Positions 32,324-41,385 of a DNA stretch of 64,000 nt are shown here, one piece after another. The position numbers were made by a program, and so were the translations under genes. The notes beneath the pieces are model-generated. The model made no database searches, was not told where the DNA came from, and saw only the letters and a program-made list of their open reading frames with translations. The stretch's first letter is position 1. The number at the start of each line of letters is the position of its first letter. The stretch is from an uncultured Candidatus Saccharibacteria bacterium (GTDB taxonomy: Bacteria > Patescibacteriota > Saccharimonadia > Saccharimonadales > Saccharimonadaceae): contig CAZJUR010000003.1 of assembly GCA_964549525.1 (NCBI GenBank), forward strand, positions 2,030-66,029, in the 5' to 3' direction.

Positions 32324-33088
32324 GGCAAAAAATTCTTCCATTGTTTGATTTGAATTATAGAGGCGAGAGGCGAGCTCTTTACCGACAAATCGTATATGCC
32401 ATGGTTCATACATATAGCCAGTAACTGATTCTTTACCATCTGGATATCGAACAATAAAACCATGTTCGTGAGCGTGTGTAGCGAGCCATTTGCCGCCAAT
32501 ATCTTGTCCGAATGCTTGATCCAGATAATGAATACGATCAACTGTTGCAACATCTAAAGACAGGCCAGTCTGGTGCTCGCTTGTACCAGGACGTGCACTA
32601 AACCGATCTGCTTCCATTTGTCCACTTGTTCGAACATAATTAGAATAATATGCCTGTTGGAGTGAAAAAGATCGATAACCACTTGCTAGAAAAAAAGATA
32701 TTCCTTCATTTTGCGCTCCAGAAAACAAGCTCTTGAGATACGGTGCGACGTGTGCACGAATCTGATTTTCTTCTGCCGTCTTTTGAGTATTTAATGGGAT
32801 ATCTGGGGTGACGAGATCAGCTGGTTTATATGATTCTCCTACCGGACGGTTTTTATTGACAATCCACCACAGACTACCTGGCTCATCAATAGAAAATTGA
32901 CTTTTATTAAATTCTTTTGGGGTAGTTTTTTCTGAAGCAGGCTGATTTTGATTTACGACTTTATTTTTTCGTGGAGCAGTAGCTGGTACAGATACAAGCG
33001 TCATATAGCCTATTGCACCAACACAAACTAATACAATAAGTAGTAAGACAATTCTGGAAAAAGAGCGATGTTGTGTGTGAATTTTCAT
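32318..33088 (-). CDS. VanY/M15B-type D-alanyl-D-alanine carboxypeptidase
   Basis: SGYRSFSLQ, SEHQTGLSLD and EPWHIRFVG. Start set to ATG 33088 (MKIHTQ..., signal/TM) because the longer ORF overlaps cyoE. Confidence 0.85.
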   Translation of the reverse strand: MKIHTQHRSFSRIVLLLIVLVCVGAIGYMTLVSVPATAPRKNKVVNQNQPASEKTTPKEFNKSQFSIDEPGSLWWIVNKNRPVGESYKPADLVTPDIPLNTQKTAEENQIRAHVAPYLKSLFSGAQNEGISFFLASGYRSFSLQQAYYSNYVRTSGQMEADRFSARPGTSEHQTGLSLDVATVDRIHYLDQAFGQDIGGKWLATHAHEHGFIVRYPDGKESVTGYMYEPWHIRFVGKELASRLYNSNQTMEEFFAL

Positions 33089-33095
33089 GCTGCTA

Positions 33096-33941
33096 TTATA
33101 GCAAGTAATCAATACACACAGCAGCCGACCACCCTGCGAGCACAACGAGAGATGCCATGAAGATTTTCTTTGCCCAATATTTTTCTGCTGTGCGAAACGC
33201 AATGTGCAACCAATATAAGCTTAATCCGCAAAAAAACAACAGATATACTATTCCCATATGACTATACATAAATAAAAACAAGCCACTAATGACGAAGCCA
33301 ATGATATATATTTTTGAAGCTACTCTCAGATAAATTTCATTTTTTTTCGTGGACACAATAGGAAGACCAGTCTTTTGATAGTCATTCTTTTGAAACAGAG
33401 ATAGTGAAAAAAAGTGAGGCATTTGCCACAGCACAAGTATCGTAAATAAAAGTAGCGATGTTATATCTAACGTATGTGTGACTGCGCTGTAGCCAACGAC
33501 TGGCGGCATCGCACCGGGAATACTTCCAATTTCTGTGGCATAGCTAGTTATTCGTTTTGCGATCCCATATACAACCACATAGCCGATCCAGCCCAGAATA
33601 GCCACTCCCCATGCCAGAAGATTAACAAAATATATGAGTATTGCACTACCTACTAGACCAAGTACTGCTCCATATACGATAGCTTGAAAAGGCGTGATGA
33701 TGCCTGTCGCTAGAGCTCGCCTCTTCGTTCGCATCATTTTCGCATCAATTTTTCGGTCCATAATATTATTGCATACACACGCAGAGGCGATGATACAACT
33801 CAGGCCAAGCATTGTCGCGATAAATAAAGTAATAGATACATCACCTCGCGATGCTAGGAAAAAACCTGCAATTGCTGCAAATAAATTGCCATATATAATA
33901 CCCGGTTTTGTCAGGACGTAATATTGTTTAAATGTATGCAT
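33096..33941 (-). CDS. cyoE: Protoheme IX farnesyltransferase (heme O synthase)
   Basis: UbiA-family polytopic protein (NNIMDRKIDAKMMRTKRRALA) immediately downstream of cyoD. Confidence 0.9.
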   Translation of the reverse strand: MHTFKQYYVLTKPGIIYGNLFAAIAGFFLASRGDVSITLFIATMLGLSCIIASACVCNNIMDRKIDAKMMRTKRRALATGIITPFQAIVYGAVLGLVGSAILIYFVNLLAWGVAILGWIGYVVVYGIAKRITSYATEIGSIPGAMPPVVGYSAVTHTLDITSLLLFTILVLWQMPHFFSLSLFQKNDYQKTGLPIVSTKKNEIYLRVASKIYIIGFVISGLFLFMYSHMGIVYLLFFCGLSLYWLHIAFRTAEKYWAKKIFMASLVVLAGWSAAVCIDYLL

Positions 33942-33943
33942 TG

Positions 33944-34333
33944 TTAGTGGTCATGTTGTGATTTATGATGATGAGGCATCTCATCTTCGAGGAGTTGATT
34001 CTCGATTTCAGGATTTTGCATCATATGATAGTTGAGATTATTCATAATCCATAGAGAACCTATCACAATAATTGCCACGCACAAGCTGGTGCATATAAAT
34101 ATAATCAATTCAAATCGTTTGCTCCTATCTTGACCTAGATGAAAAAAGAAATATGATTGAACGATAAATTGCCCCAGCGCGAGCAGAAGTATCATAGCAA
34201 CTAACGATTGGTGTGAGATGGCAGTGTGGTCATTTGCTATATGATAGGTTGCCAAAAAGAAGGCTATAAAGGTAATGGCAAGCGATAAGAAAAATCCGAG
34301 CACGTATGATCGTATCAGTGAAGTATGTTTCAT
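33944..34333 (-). CDS. cyoD: Cytochrome o ubiquinol oxidase subunit IV
   Basis: GSLWIMNNLNYHMM matches the conserved CyoD C-terminal block; three TM helices. Confidence 0.88.
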   Translation of the reverse strand: MKHTSLIRSYVLGFFLSLAITFIAFFLATYHIANDHTAISHQSLVAMILLLALGQFIVQSYFFFHLGQDRSKRFELIIFICTSLCVAIIVIGSLWIMNNLNYHMMQNPEIENQLLEDEMPHHHKSQHDH

Positions 34334-34917
34334 GCGGCGACTCCTATGATATAAACAAAGCTAAAGATAAATATCCAGATCAAATCTAAAAAGTGCCAAA
34401 AAAGGGTAAATAGCGATAGTCTGCGAATCACCGTATCATCAATTGGCCGCCGGATAAGGCGCCAAATAAGCGTGAACGCCCAGAGAAGTCCTATGCATAT
34501 ATGTAAGCCGTGCGTACCTACCAATGTGAAGAATGCCGACAAAAAGGCACTACGTTGCCAATCATTGCCTTCTGCAATGAGTTGGTAAAATTCCTTTAAT
34601 TCCATACTGACAAATGCCACCCCTAAGAGCGTCGTTATACTCAAATAGAGAAGTACACGGAGGGACTGTTTTTGTTTCGCATATATGAGAGACAGACCAG
34701 CTGTAAAGCTACTCAGTAAGAGTAAAATTGTTTCGGTCAATACAAATTTCAAACTAAAGAGCTCGGCTGCATCAGATCCGCCATTCGTATTGTTTCTGAG
34801 AACAGCAAATGTAGCAAATAAACTCGCAAACAATAAACAGTCGGTCATGAGGTATAGCCAAAACCCAAAAGTTGCTTTCTCGTGTTTTTCCTGTAAATGA
34901 GTCTGCTTATATTTCAT
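34330..34917 (-). CDS. cyoC: Cytochrome o ubiquinol oxidase subunit III
   Basis: 195 aa with 5 TM helices and a subunit III-like block ([13 protein letters not shown]). Overlaps cyoD by 4 nt. Confidence 0.9.
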   Translation of the reverse strand: MKYKQTHLQEKHEKATFGFWLYLMTDCLLFASLFATFAVLRNNTNGGSDAAELFSLKFVLTETILLLLSSFTAGLSLIYAKQKQSLRVLLYLSITTLLGVAFVSMELKEFYQLIAEGNDWQRSAFLSAFFTLVGTHGLHICIGLLWAFTLIWRLIRRPIDDTVIRRLSLFTLFWHFLDLIWIFIFSFVYIIGVAA

Positions 34918-36859
34918 ATGCTCTACTCCTCTTAATGGACGATGGATGAATCAGAATATCTTCTGTCTCATTTGTAGTGCGAATAATGGTGCATACAATG
35001 ACCCCCACTAGGCCGACAATCATTAACCACCAGATATGCCAAATAATAGCAAAACATGCCATACCTGCGAACCCAGCAATATATATACCAAATCCCGTGT
35101 TTTTAGGAATATAAAATGGCTCGGGTGCGCCGTAAATCAACCCTTTTTTATTCTTTTTGTATTCCCACCACGCATCTCGATCGGTAACCGTAGGAATAAC
35201 ATCGAAATTATAATGAGGAATACGAATCGGTAGCGACCATTCAAGTGTTCGTGCATCCCACGGATCACCACTTTTGATTCGTAATGCGTGGCGATTTTTA
35301 ATACTAACAATAAGTTGGACAACCTGCATAAGAACACCCAGCCCAATAATCGCCACCCCAATGCCTGCTACGATAAAGAGCCCTTGCCAGCCAAGTGATG
35401 GATCGTAATGATCGAGTCGACGCGTTGCTCCCATGAAACCGAGAATATAGAGGGGCATAAAAGCGACGAAAAAGCCGACAATCCAACAATATGCTGCATA
35501 CTTGCCTAGTCTATCATGGAGTGTGAAGCCAAAAATGCGCGGGAACCAGTACATAAAACCAGCAATATAACCGAACACGACACCACCGATAATTGTGTTA
35601 TGAAAATGAGCAACTAAAAACAAACTATTATGCACTTGAAAGTCTACCGCTGGTACAGACAAGAGAACACCAGTCATTCCACCGAGTGTGAAGGTAAATA
35701 AAAAACCCATGAACCAGACCATAGGTGCCGTGAAGCGAATGCGACCTCGATACATAGTAAATAGCCAGTTAAAAACTTTAACTCCAGTCGGCACAGCGAT
35801 AATCATGGTCATAATTCCAAAGAAAGCGTTAACATTTGCACCAGCCCCCATAGTGAAAAAGTGATGCGCCCACACTACAAAGGATAAAAAGCAAATCGCA
35901 ATTGTTGCGCCAACCATTGATATATAGCCAAAAAGTCGTTTTTTACAAAAAGTGGCTACTATTTCTGAGAACATACCAAAGGCTGGGAGAATCAAGATAT
36001 AAACTTCTGGGTGGCCCCATGCCCAAATCAGATTAATGTACATCATCGGATTACCGCCTCCCATAGCAGTAAAGAAATGCATACCAAGCGTTCGATCAAG
36101 CGCCAGCATAGCTAGCGTCGCGGTAAGGATAGGGAAAACTAAGACGACTAAAACCATTGAAGCCCCTACAGTCCAGGTGAAAATAGGCATGCGCATCGCA
36201 GTCATGCCTGGCGCGCGAAATTTAATAATGGTTGTTAAAAAATTAACTCCAGACAACAGACTACCTACGCCGGCAATTTGGATCGCCCACAGCCAGTAAT
36301 CTACACCGACGCCGGGGCTATATTCAGTCCCAGATAGTGGCGGATATGCCAGCCATCCAGCCGGTGACATCTCGCCTACAACTAGGGAAAGATTGATGAG
36401 CACCATGCCAGCGCAAAACAACCAGAAGCTAAGAGAATTGAGGAAGGGAAACGCTACGTCCCGCGCACCGATTTGTAAAGGCAAGACAAGGTTGATGAGC
36501 CCAAACATTAAGCCCATGGCTACAAAGAAAATCATAATTGTACCATGTGCCGTAAATACTTGCTGGAAATGATCCGAACTGAGTATTCCAGCTGCATCAC
36601 CAGAGGCCAGCGCTTGCTGAATGCGCATCATAATAGCATCGGAAAAGCCTCGTATCAACATGATAAAAGCCACGATGAGATACATGACACCGATTTTTTT
36701 ATGGTCGAGTGACGTTAACCACTCTTTCCATAGCCAGGTCCATCGTCGTAAATAAAATAAAAGAGCAATGACGATAATAACGCTCACCGTCATGCCAGCG
36801 ACTGCACCGAGCTGGATGAGTGGATGTTGAAAAGATTCAAGACTTAATCTCCCAAACAT
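34907..36859 (-). CDS. cyoB: Cytochrome o ubiquinol oxidase subunit I (heme-copper oxidase)
   Basis: 650 aa with HCO blocks [26 protein letters not shown] and [11 protein letters not shown]. Confidence 0.97.
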   Translation of the reverse strand: MFGRLSLESFQHPLIQLGAVAGMTVSVIIVIALLFYLRRWTWLWKEWLTSLDHKKIGVMYLIVAFIMLIRGFSDAIMMRIQQALASGDAAGILSSDHFQQVFTAHGTIMIFFVAMGLMFGLINLVLPLQIGARDVAFPFLNSLSFWLFCAGMVLINLSLVVGEMSPAGWLAYPPLSGTEYSPGVGVDYWLWAIQIAGVGSLLSGVNFLTTIIKFRAPGMTAMRMPIFTWTVGASMVLVVLVFPILTATLAMLALDRTLGMHFFTAMGGGNPMMYINLIWAWGHPEVYILILPAFGMFSEIVATFCKKRLFGYISMVGATIAICFLSFVVWAHHFFTMGAGANVNAFFGIMTMIIAVPTGVKVFNWLFTMYRGRIRFTAPMVWFMGFLFTFTLGGMTGVLLSVPAVDFQVHNSLFLVAHFHNTIIGGVVFGYIAGFMYWFPRIFGFTLHDRLGKYAAYCWIVGFFVAFMPLYILGFMGATRRLDHYDPSLGWQGLFIVAGIGVAIIGLGVLMQVVQLIVSIKNRHALRIKSGDPWDARTLEWSLPIRIPHYNFDVIPTVTDRDAWWEYKKNKKGLIYGAPEPFYIPKNTGFGIYIAGFAGMACFAIIWHIWWLMIVGLVGVIVCTIIRTTNETEDILIHPSSIKRSRAYEI

Positions 36860-37737
36860 TATGCCCCCTCCTTCTGGTGTACTGTAGCCATATATTTTGC
36901 AATAATTTTATCATATATATCGGGGTCTTGTGATCCATACAGCAACACGGAAGTATCTTTATTTGGTCGAGATAAATTGCTATACCCTTCATAGCTCAGC
37001 CGATTTGGCGAAGACTTAACTTTTTTTATCCAATTTTCATAATTTGGCTCGCTCATAGAGTGAGCTTTGAATCGCATATTTGCAAAACCCTCACCGCTGA
37101 TATTGGCTGAAGAGCCGTCATGAATACCAGGATTATCTGCCATCAGATGAAGCTGCGTACTCATACCACTCATCGCATATATTTGTCCACCTAAACTCGG
37201 GATCCAGAACGAATTCATGGGAGCGTCAGAAGTAATCACAAATTTTACCGGACGCTTTTCAGGAAAGGCCACATAATTAACTGTTGCAATATTCTCCTCT
37301 GGATACATGAATAACCATCTCCATTCTAAAGCTACGACTTGTACTGTCAGCGGTTTTTTATCAGAAGCTATGGGTTTAAACGGGTCAAGGCTATGCGAAC
37401 TAAACCACGTGATAGTAGCAAGAATGCTAATAATAACAATCGGTACTCCCCACCAAATAAATTCTGCAATCGGCTGAGAATCCCATTTCGGGTCATATCT
37501 TGCCTGAGTATTTTTCTCGCGGTATTTTAGCGAAAAAATAATTGCCATCGTAAATACCGGTATCACGACAATGAGCATTAAACCAACAGTTATGAGAAAT
37601 ATATTACGCTGTTCTTCGGCAATAGGGCCAGCAGTTTGGAAAAAAGGAATAGGGTAATTTTGCACATAATTTATCGCATATGACAGTGAAGCAAATAACA
37701 CTGCAACCCAAAGTAAAACCAAGATTTTTTTTCGCAT
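36859..37737 (-). CDS. cyoA: Cytochrome o ubiquinol oxidase subunit II (no CuA ligands)
   Basis: [52 protein letters not shown] parallels E. coli CyoA ([31 protein letters not shown]...). It lacks the CuA Cys/His motif, so a quinol oxidase is indicated. Confidence 0.92.
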   Translation of the reverse strand: MRKKILVLLWVAVLFASLSYAINYVQNYPIPFFQTAGPIAEEQRNIFLITVGLMLIVVIPVFTMAIIFSLKYREKNTQARYDPKWDSQPIAEFIWWGVPIVIISILATITWFSSHSLDPFKPIASDKKPLTVQVVALEWRWLFMYPEENIATVNYVAFPEKRPVKFVITSDAPMNSFWIPSLGGQIYAMSGMSTQLHLMADNPGIHDGSSANISGEGFANMRFKAHSMSEPNYENWIKKVKSSPNRLSYEGYSNLSRPNKDTSVLLYGSQDPDIYDKIIAKYMATVHQKEGA

Positions 37738-37760
37738 TTTCCCCCGCTTGTCTAAGCTTT

Positions 37761-37769
37761 AGTATAACA
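37761..37769 (-). promoter_or_regulatory. Extended -10 (TGtTATACT) upstream of cyoA
   Basis: The reverse complement of 37761-37769 reads TGTTATACT, followed by a 23-nt leader with GGGGGAA before ATG 37737. Confidence 0.4.
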
Positions 37770-38456
37770 CTACATAATATTGGTGCCTAGCAGTTTACCG
37801 ACACCGAACGTAATTGCCATAGCTAAGAATCCACCAATCACAACTCGTACTACGGCTTGTTTTTTTGATGCTCCACCCACCATAGCGCTCAAAGAACCGG
37901 TGATGAAAAGAGCAAAACCTACGGCAATAAATGTCGCAATTACCCGCCATTTTTCAGGTGATAAGGTGACACTCAAAAGTGGTAAAATTGCCCCTGCGGT
38001 AAAGGATAAACCCGACGCAATAGCTGCATGAAGTGGATTAGTGAGTGCATCTGGTTGTAAATTATATTCAGCTTCGGCGTGTGCCTTCAACGGATCATGC
38101 TTCATTAACTCTCGGGCAACTTGTTGAGCTGTTTTGGGCTGTAAGCCTTTTTGAATGTAAGTTTCTTCGAGCTCTTTTTCTTGCTCTTTTGGATTATGGG
38201 TGATTTTCTGCTGCTCTCGATCGAGGGTTGCGCGTTCGCTGTCCCGTTGGCTACTAACAGAAACATATTCCCCGACCGCCATTGATAGCGCACCGGCTAC
38301 TAAGCCTGCCATCCCAGCAATAAATACCGCATTTGCAGAGCTCGAAGCACCGGCTACTCCAACCACAATACTAGCCGTTGATACGATGCCATCGTTTGCG
38401 CCTAATACCGCAGCTCGCAGCTTGTTTAGTGTTGCGCTAGATACGTCGTTCTGCAT
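37770..38456 (-). CDS. VIT1/CCC1-family iron (Fe/Mn) transporter
   Basis: LGANDGIVSTASIVVGVAG and a C-terminal 3-TM bundle typical of the VIT1 family. Confidence 0.88.
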   Translation of the reverse strand: MQNDVSSATLNKLRAAVLGANDGIVSTASIVVGVAGASSSANAVFIAGMAGLVAGALSMAVGEYVSVSSQRDSERATLDREQQKITHNPKEQEKELEETYIQKGLQPKTAQQVARELMKHDPLKAHAEAEYNLQPDALTNPLHAAIASGLSFTAGAILPLLSVTLSPEKWRVIATFIAVGFALFITGSLSAMVGGASKKQAVVRVVIGGFLAMAITFGVGKLLGTNIM

Positions 38457-38721
38457 ACGGTTTTAGGCTGTAGTGGTAAAAAGCTTCCATGACGAAAAAT
38501 AACGATAATGCAACTGATGCCGTCGCACAGAAATGTCCAAGATTAGCTGGTGCTATTGCTACCAAACCAATTCCTGTAAGAACTATACTACTGAAAATTA
38601 CTCTTATATAAGCGAGTAGTGTTGTTTGGGTGTGACGAAAAATCTGATACATTGCTACTACCCAAAATACAAACCCCAGACATGCCAAAAATATATGAAA
38701 TGTTAAAAGAAAACTATACAT
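38437..38721 (-). CDS. Hypothetical 94-aa membrane protein
   Basis: Three hydrophobic helices. TGcTACACT (reverse complement of 38728-38736) ends 7 nt before ATG 38721. Overlaps the VIT1 start by 20 nt. Confidence 0.55.
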   Translation of the reverse strand: MYSFLLTFHIFLACLGFVFWVVAMYQIFRHTQTTLLAYIRVIFSSIVLTGIGLVAIAPANLGHFCATASVALSLFFVMEAFYHYSLKPYAERRI

Positions 38722-38727
38722 GTATTT

Positions 38728-38736
38728 AGTGTAGCA
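38728..38736 (-). promoter_or_regulatory. Extended -10 (TGcTACACT) for ORF 38437..38721 / VIT1
   Basis: The reverse complement reads TGCTACACT, with 6 nt between the hexamer and the ATG. Confidence 0.4.
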
Positions 38737-38776
38737 TAAGAATTATTCTTGTAAATTAGCCAATGCATTTGTTTTT

Positions 38777-39646
38777 TTAAGATATAGTTGAATGAAACGG
38801 GATATTGAGCTTTTTTAAAACTACTTCAAATCGTTTGTAACCATCTTGATTACGAAGCTCAACCCACTCCACTTTAAGGCTATCAAGCTGGCGTTTATTA
38901 AGGTCAGATAATTTATCGGCTACAAATACTGAGCTCGAACGAGCAATCACTGCATCAGCGCTTTCAGGGTTGCCTTGTCCCATGAGTTTAACTTCACACT
39001 TGTGTTCATGCCCCTGTTGGTCGACGAGATAAAAGTCGATCTCTCGTGTGATTTCATCTAATTTTTTTTCAGTTTTAGACTTTATTCGATAATGTTCACT
39101 CGACACGCCATATAGTTTGCACAATTCCTGCATCAATGGTTTCTCGACTCTTTTCCCTGCGGTACTCCATAGACCACCACGAAGTGCAGCTCGCTTGACC
39201 GCAAGTGTATTGATGACAATTAATGTTTCACCGACATTTAAATCGACACTGACGCCATGTAATTTTAGAGTTAGCGTCAGGTCAATAGTATCTTCGTTGG
39301 TGACTAATTCTTTAATGCTGTTATAGAGTACATCATAATGTTCGTTGGCTGCTTCAAGAACAATCTCTCGTCGGGCTGAATTATACATATTGGTGATGGT
39401 TTTTTTGTTAAGGCCTGAGTTAATAGCAATTTCATCAGTCGAAAGTGTTTCATCTAAAAATTCCTTTTTATACCAGTCGGTTGTGATGTCATGATTACGT
39501 AGTTTCGCTTCGATAACTTTTTTAAAAAAATCCAATGAATATTGCATAAATTCAGCATTAATCAGGCTGACAATCTCGATGCGATAATCCTCTCCTTTTA
39601 GTAGCTTGGCAATAATACGCTGTACGACTTCATCAGTAATAGTCAT
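38777..39646 (-). CDS. Putative type II restriction endonuclease (PD-(D/E)XK-like), partner of the adjacent methyltransferase
   Basis: 289 aa with a C-terminal candidate catalytic motif IDFYLVDQQGHEHKCEVK (D-x13-E-x-K). AAGGAG Shine-Dalgarno (39652-57) lies inside the upstream gene, and the ATG overlaps the MTase stop (ATGA at 39643-39646). I cannot name a family. Confidence 0.5.
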   Translation of the reverse strand: MTITDEVVQRIIAKLLKGEDYRIEIVSLINAEFMQYSLDFFKKVIEAKLRNHDITTDWYKKEFLDETLSTDEIAINSGLNKKTITNMYNSARREIVLEAANEHYDVLYNSIKELVTNEDTIDLTLTLKLHGVSVDLNVGETLIVINTLAVKRAALRGGLWSTAGKRVEKPLMQELCKLYGVSSEHYRIKSKTEKKLDEITREIDFYLVDQQGHEHKCEVKLMGQGNPESADAVIARSSSVFVADKLSDLNKRQLDSLKVEWVELRNQDGYKRFEVVLKKLNIPFHSTIS

Positions 39647-40911
39647 ATATTCTCCTTTATATATTTCTTAAATTGATTGATCGAAAAACAAGATGGAGTA
39701 GTTTCTTCATGAAAAAGAGAAGGTGTTTGGACAGAAAATCGCTGTTTCATATACGAAAAATATTCGTCGTTATTTTCCGTCATAAAGAAATACCGGCCCA
39801 TTTTCTGTGCAGTATCCCCTAGCGTACCAGAGCCTGCAAATGGGTCATATATCAAATCTCCTTTGTATGAGTAATATTGAATTATTTTACGACACAGCGT
39901 TTCTGGAAAAACAGCTGTATGATTTTTATTATAAACTGGGTCAATCTTCCAAACATTACTGCTATCATAATCTCCCATAACTTTACTCGCTTCGACAATT
40001 TCATTTGGGTACGCACGCATATTCCAGTCAAGTAATTTAGGAGTTTTTTTACGATATACCATGAGCATTTCTGTTACAGTGTTTGGTTTATACCCTAGTG
40101 GTTTGCGATGTTGCATGAAGCCGCCGACTCGATTTTTGACACTAGCTTCAGGTTTGAGCCAAATAATATCATCGATATATTCCCAACCCTCCTCAACTAT
40201 AATACTATGCAGATCAAAAGGAATAGGGTAGCGTTTACTCGCGTGTTGTCGACTAACACGAGGAACAATAATCGGTGAGGTATTGATGATAAAAAAACGA
40301 CCCTCTTTTGTAACACGTGCTAATTCTCGTACGATTGTTCTCAAAAAATTGAGGTATTCATTGTAACTTTTGTAAAATGTATAGTCCCGTGCGTTGTAAT
40401 AAGGTGGAGAGGTAAAGGTAAGATGAAAAGATTCGTCAGGTAATAATTGGAGTGTCTGTAATGCATCGCCGGAGACAATAACATTTTTGAGTACATCTGG
40501 CGATACTACTCGCAAATCAATTGTCTTTTTTGGAGCTTCGGAAAGCGATTTTAAAAGTATTTCTTGAATCATTTCATTCTCGTGACCAAGTAGTTCATGT
40601 ATTTTTTTTTGTACGAGAGATTTGTCTTTAAAAATCAACAGTGCACGTACTACTTGTATCACAACTTTTGGGTCCGGATCATTAGTAATAGAACATAAAA
40701 AAGAGATAGATTTAGGGTCACGTAATCTGCCCAGAGACGATACCGCTTCCCGTCGAACGTGCGAATGAGTATCGTGTTTGATAATTTTTTTAAAATATTT
40801 TACAAGACTTTGATCTTTCAGTTTCCCGAGTTCTTTGACTGCATGAAGACGAACGCTCGGCTTTTCCGCTTCAAGCGCCTTTACTAAAACATTTCTTTCT
40901 TCTACTCCCAT
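39643..40911 (-). CDS. Beta-class N4-cytosine/N6-adenine DNA methyltransferase with N-terminal HEAT-repeat domain
   Basis: Motif IV (FTSPPYYNARDY) precedes motif I (DPFAGSGTLGDTA), the N6_N4_Mtase-type order. Residues 1-130 form HEAT/PBS-lyase-like repeats (VRLHAVKELGKLKD, HVRREAVSSLGRLRD, PKVVIQVVRALLIF). Confidence 0.85.
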   Translation of the reverse strand: MGVEERNVLVKALEAEKPSVRLHAVKELGKLKDQSLVKYFKKIIKHDTHSHVRREAVSSLGRLRDPKSISFLCSITNDPDPKVVIQVVRALLIFKDKSLVQKKIHELLGHENEMIQEILLKSLSEAPKKTIDLRVVSPDVLKNVIVSGDALQTLQLLPDESFHLTFTSPPYYNARDYTFYKSYNEYLNFLRTIVRELARVTKEGRFFIINTSPIIVPRVSRQHASKRYPIPFDLHSIIVEEGWEYIDDIIWLKPEASVKNRVGGFMQHRKPLGYKPNTVTEMLMVYRKKTPKLLDWNMRAYPNEIVEASKVMGDYDSSNVWKIDPVYNKNHTAVFPETLCRKIIQYYSYKGDLIYDPFAGSGTLGDTAQKMGRYFFMTENNDEYFSYMKQRFSVQTPSLFHEETTPSCFSINQFKKYIKENI

Positions 40912-40924
40912 ACGTATCTATCTC

Positions 40925-40933
40925 AGTATATCA
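40925..40933 (-). promoter_or_regulatory. Extended -10 (TGaTATACT) upstream of the methyltransferase gene
   Basis: The reverse complement reads TGATATACT, with 13 nt between the hexamer and ATG 40911. Confidence 0.4.
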
Positions 40934-41000
40934 GCAACGAAGATCATGAAGAATTGTATGATGAAATTTTCTCTGAAATGGCTCCCTTGTATGCTGAAAT

Positions 41001-41059
41001 TCGAACCTATTTCGAGCAAAATGGCTGAGCTTACAAATTTTTGTTGGAAATAGGTTCGA
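41001..41059. repeat. 13-bp perfect inverted repeat (TCGAACCTATTTC / GAAATAGGTTCGA) with 33-nt spacer
   Basis: Arms at 41001-41013 and 41047-41059. The arms contain a T-loop-like GGTTCGA. No U-tract follows on either strand. Confidence 0.6.
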
Positions 41060-41125
41060 GCTTCGTCGTATAATTGATTTAGATCAAGACTATCGTGCCG
41101 CTCGCGCGGCGCGTAAATATCAATT

Positions 41126-41199
41126 TGGCTGGGGATGAGGGATTCGAACCCCCGATCATGGGACCAGAACCCACTGCCTTACCACTTGGCCAATCCCCA
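41126..41199 (-). tRNA. tRNA-Gln (anticodon CUG), CCA encoded
   Basis: The reverse complement reads TGGGGAT-TG-GCCAAGTGGTAAGGC-A-GTGGG-TTCTGGT-CCCAT-GATC-GGGGG-TTCGAAT-CCCTC-ATCCCCA-G-CCA. The U1:A72 pair and overall sequence closely resemble E. coli tRNA-Gln. Confidence 0.93.
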
Positions 41200-41203
41200 C
41201 TAA
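41150..41203. repeat. 54-bp direct repeat, copy A (inside intact tRNA-Gln)
   Basis: Identical to 41336-41389, read base by base. Covers tRNA positions 1-50 plus 4 nt of 5' flank. Confidence 0.9.
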
Positions 41204-41335
41204 CTACGATTATACTTGAAAGGTACGAGGGTTCGAATCTGAGATTCGACCCACCTTTGGCGGGTCCGAAACTTCACGATTGCCAACTAGTTAGCATCGG
41301 AAGGTTTCCTTGCGAAGTGTCGCTGACACTTCTCA

Positions 41336-41385
41336 CCCCGATCATGGGACCAGAACCCACTGCCTTACCACTTGGCCAATCCCCA
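41336..41385 (-). pseudogene. Truncated tRNA-Gln copy (5' two-thirds only)
   Basis: Acceptor 5' strand, D arm, anticodon arm (CUG) and variable loop are present. The following sequence cannot form a T arm or pair with the acceptor 5' strand. Confidence 0.8.

Noticed and set aside
41204-41335. tmRNA-like fragments (GTTTCGGAC, GATTCGA) suggesting ssrA
   Set aside because: The region is only 132 nt. It has no alanine-type acceptor ending in CCA, no resume-codon or tag reading frame, and the motifs are better explained as tRNA T-arm debris.
41204-41385. Intron-containing or split functional second tRNA-Gln
   Set aside because: After the insert, the only T-arm-like 3' piece ends in GTACCTT. That cannot pair with the acceptor 5' strand TGGGGAT, and no CCA or discriminator context is present.
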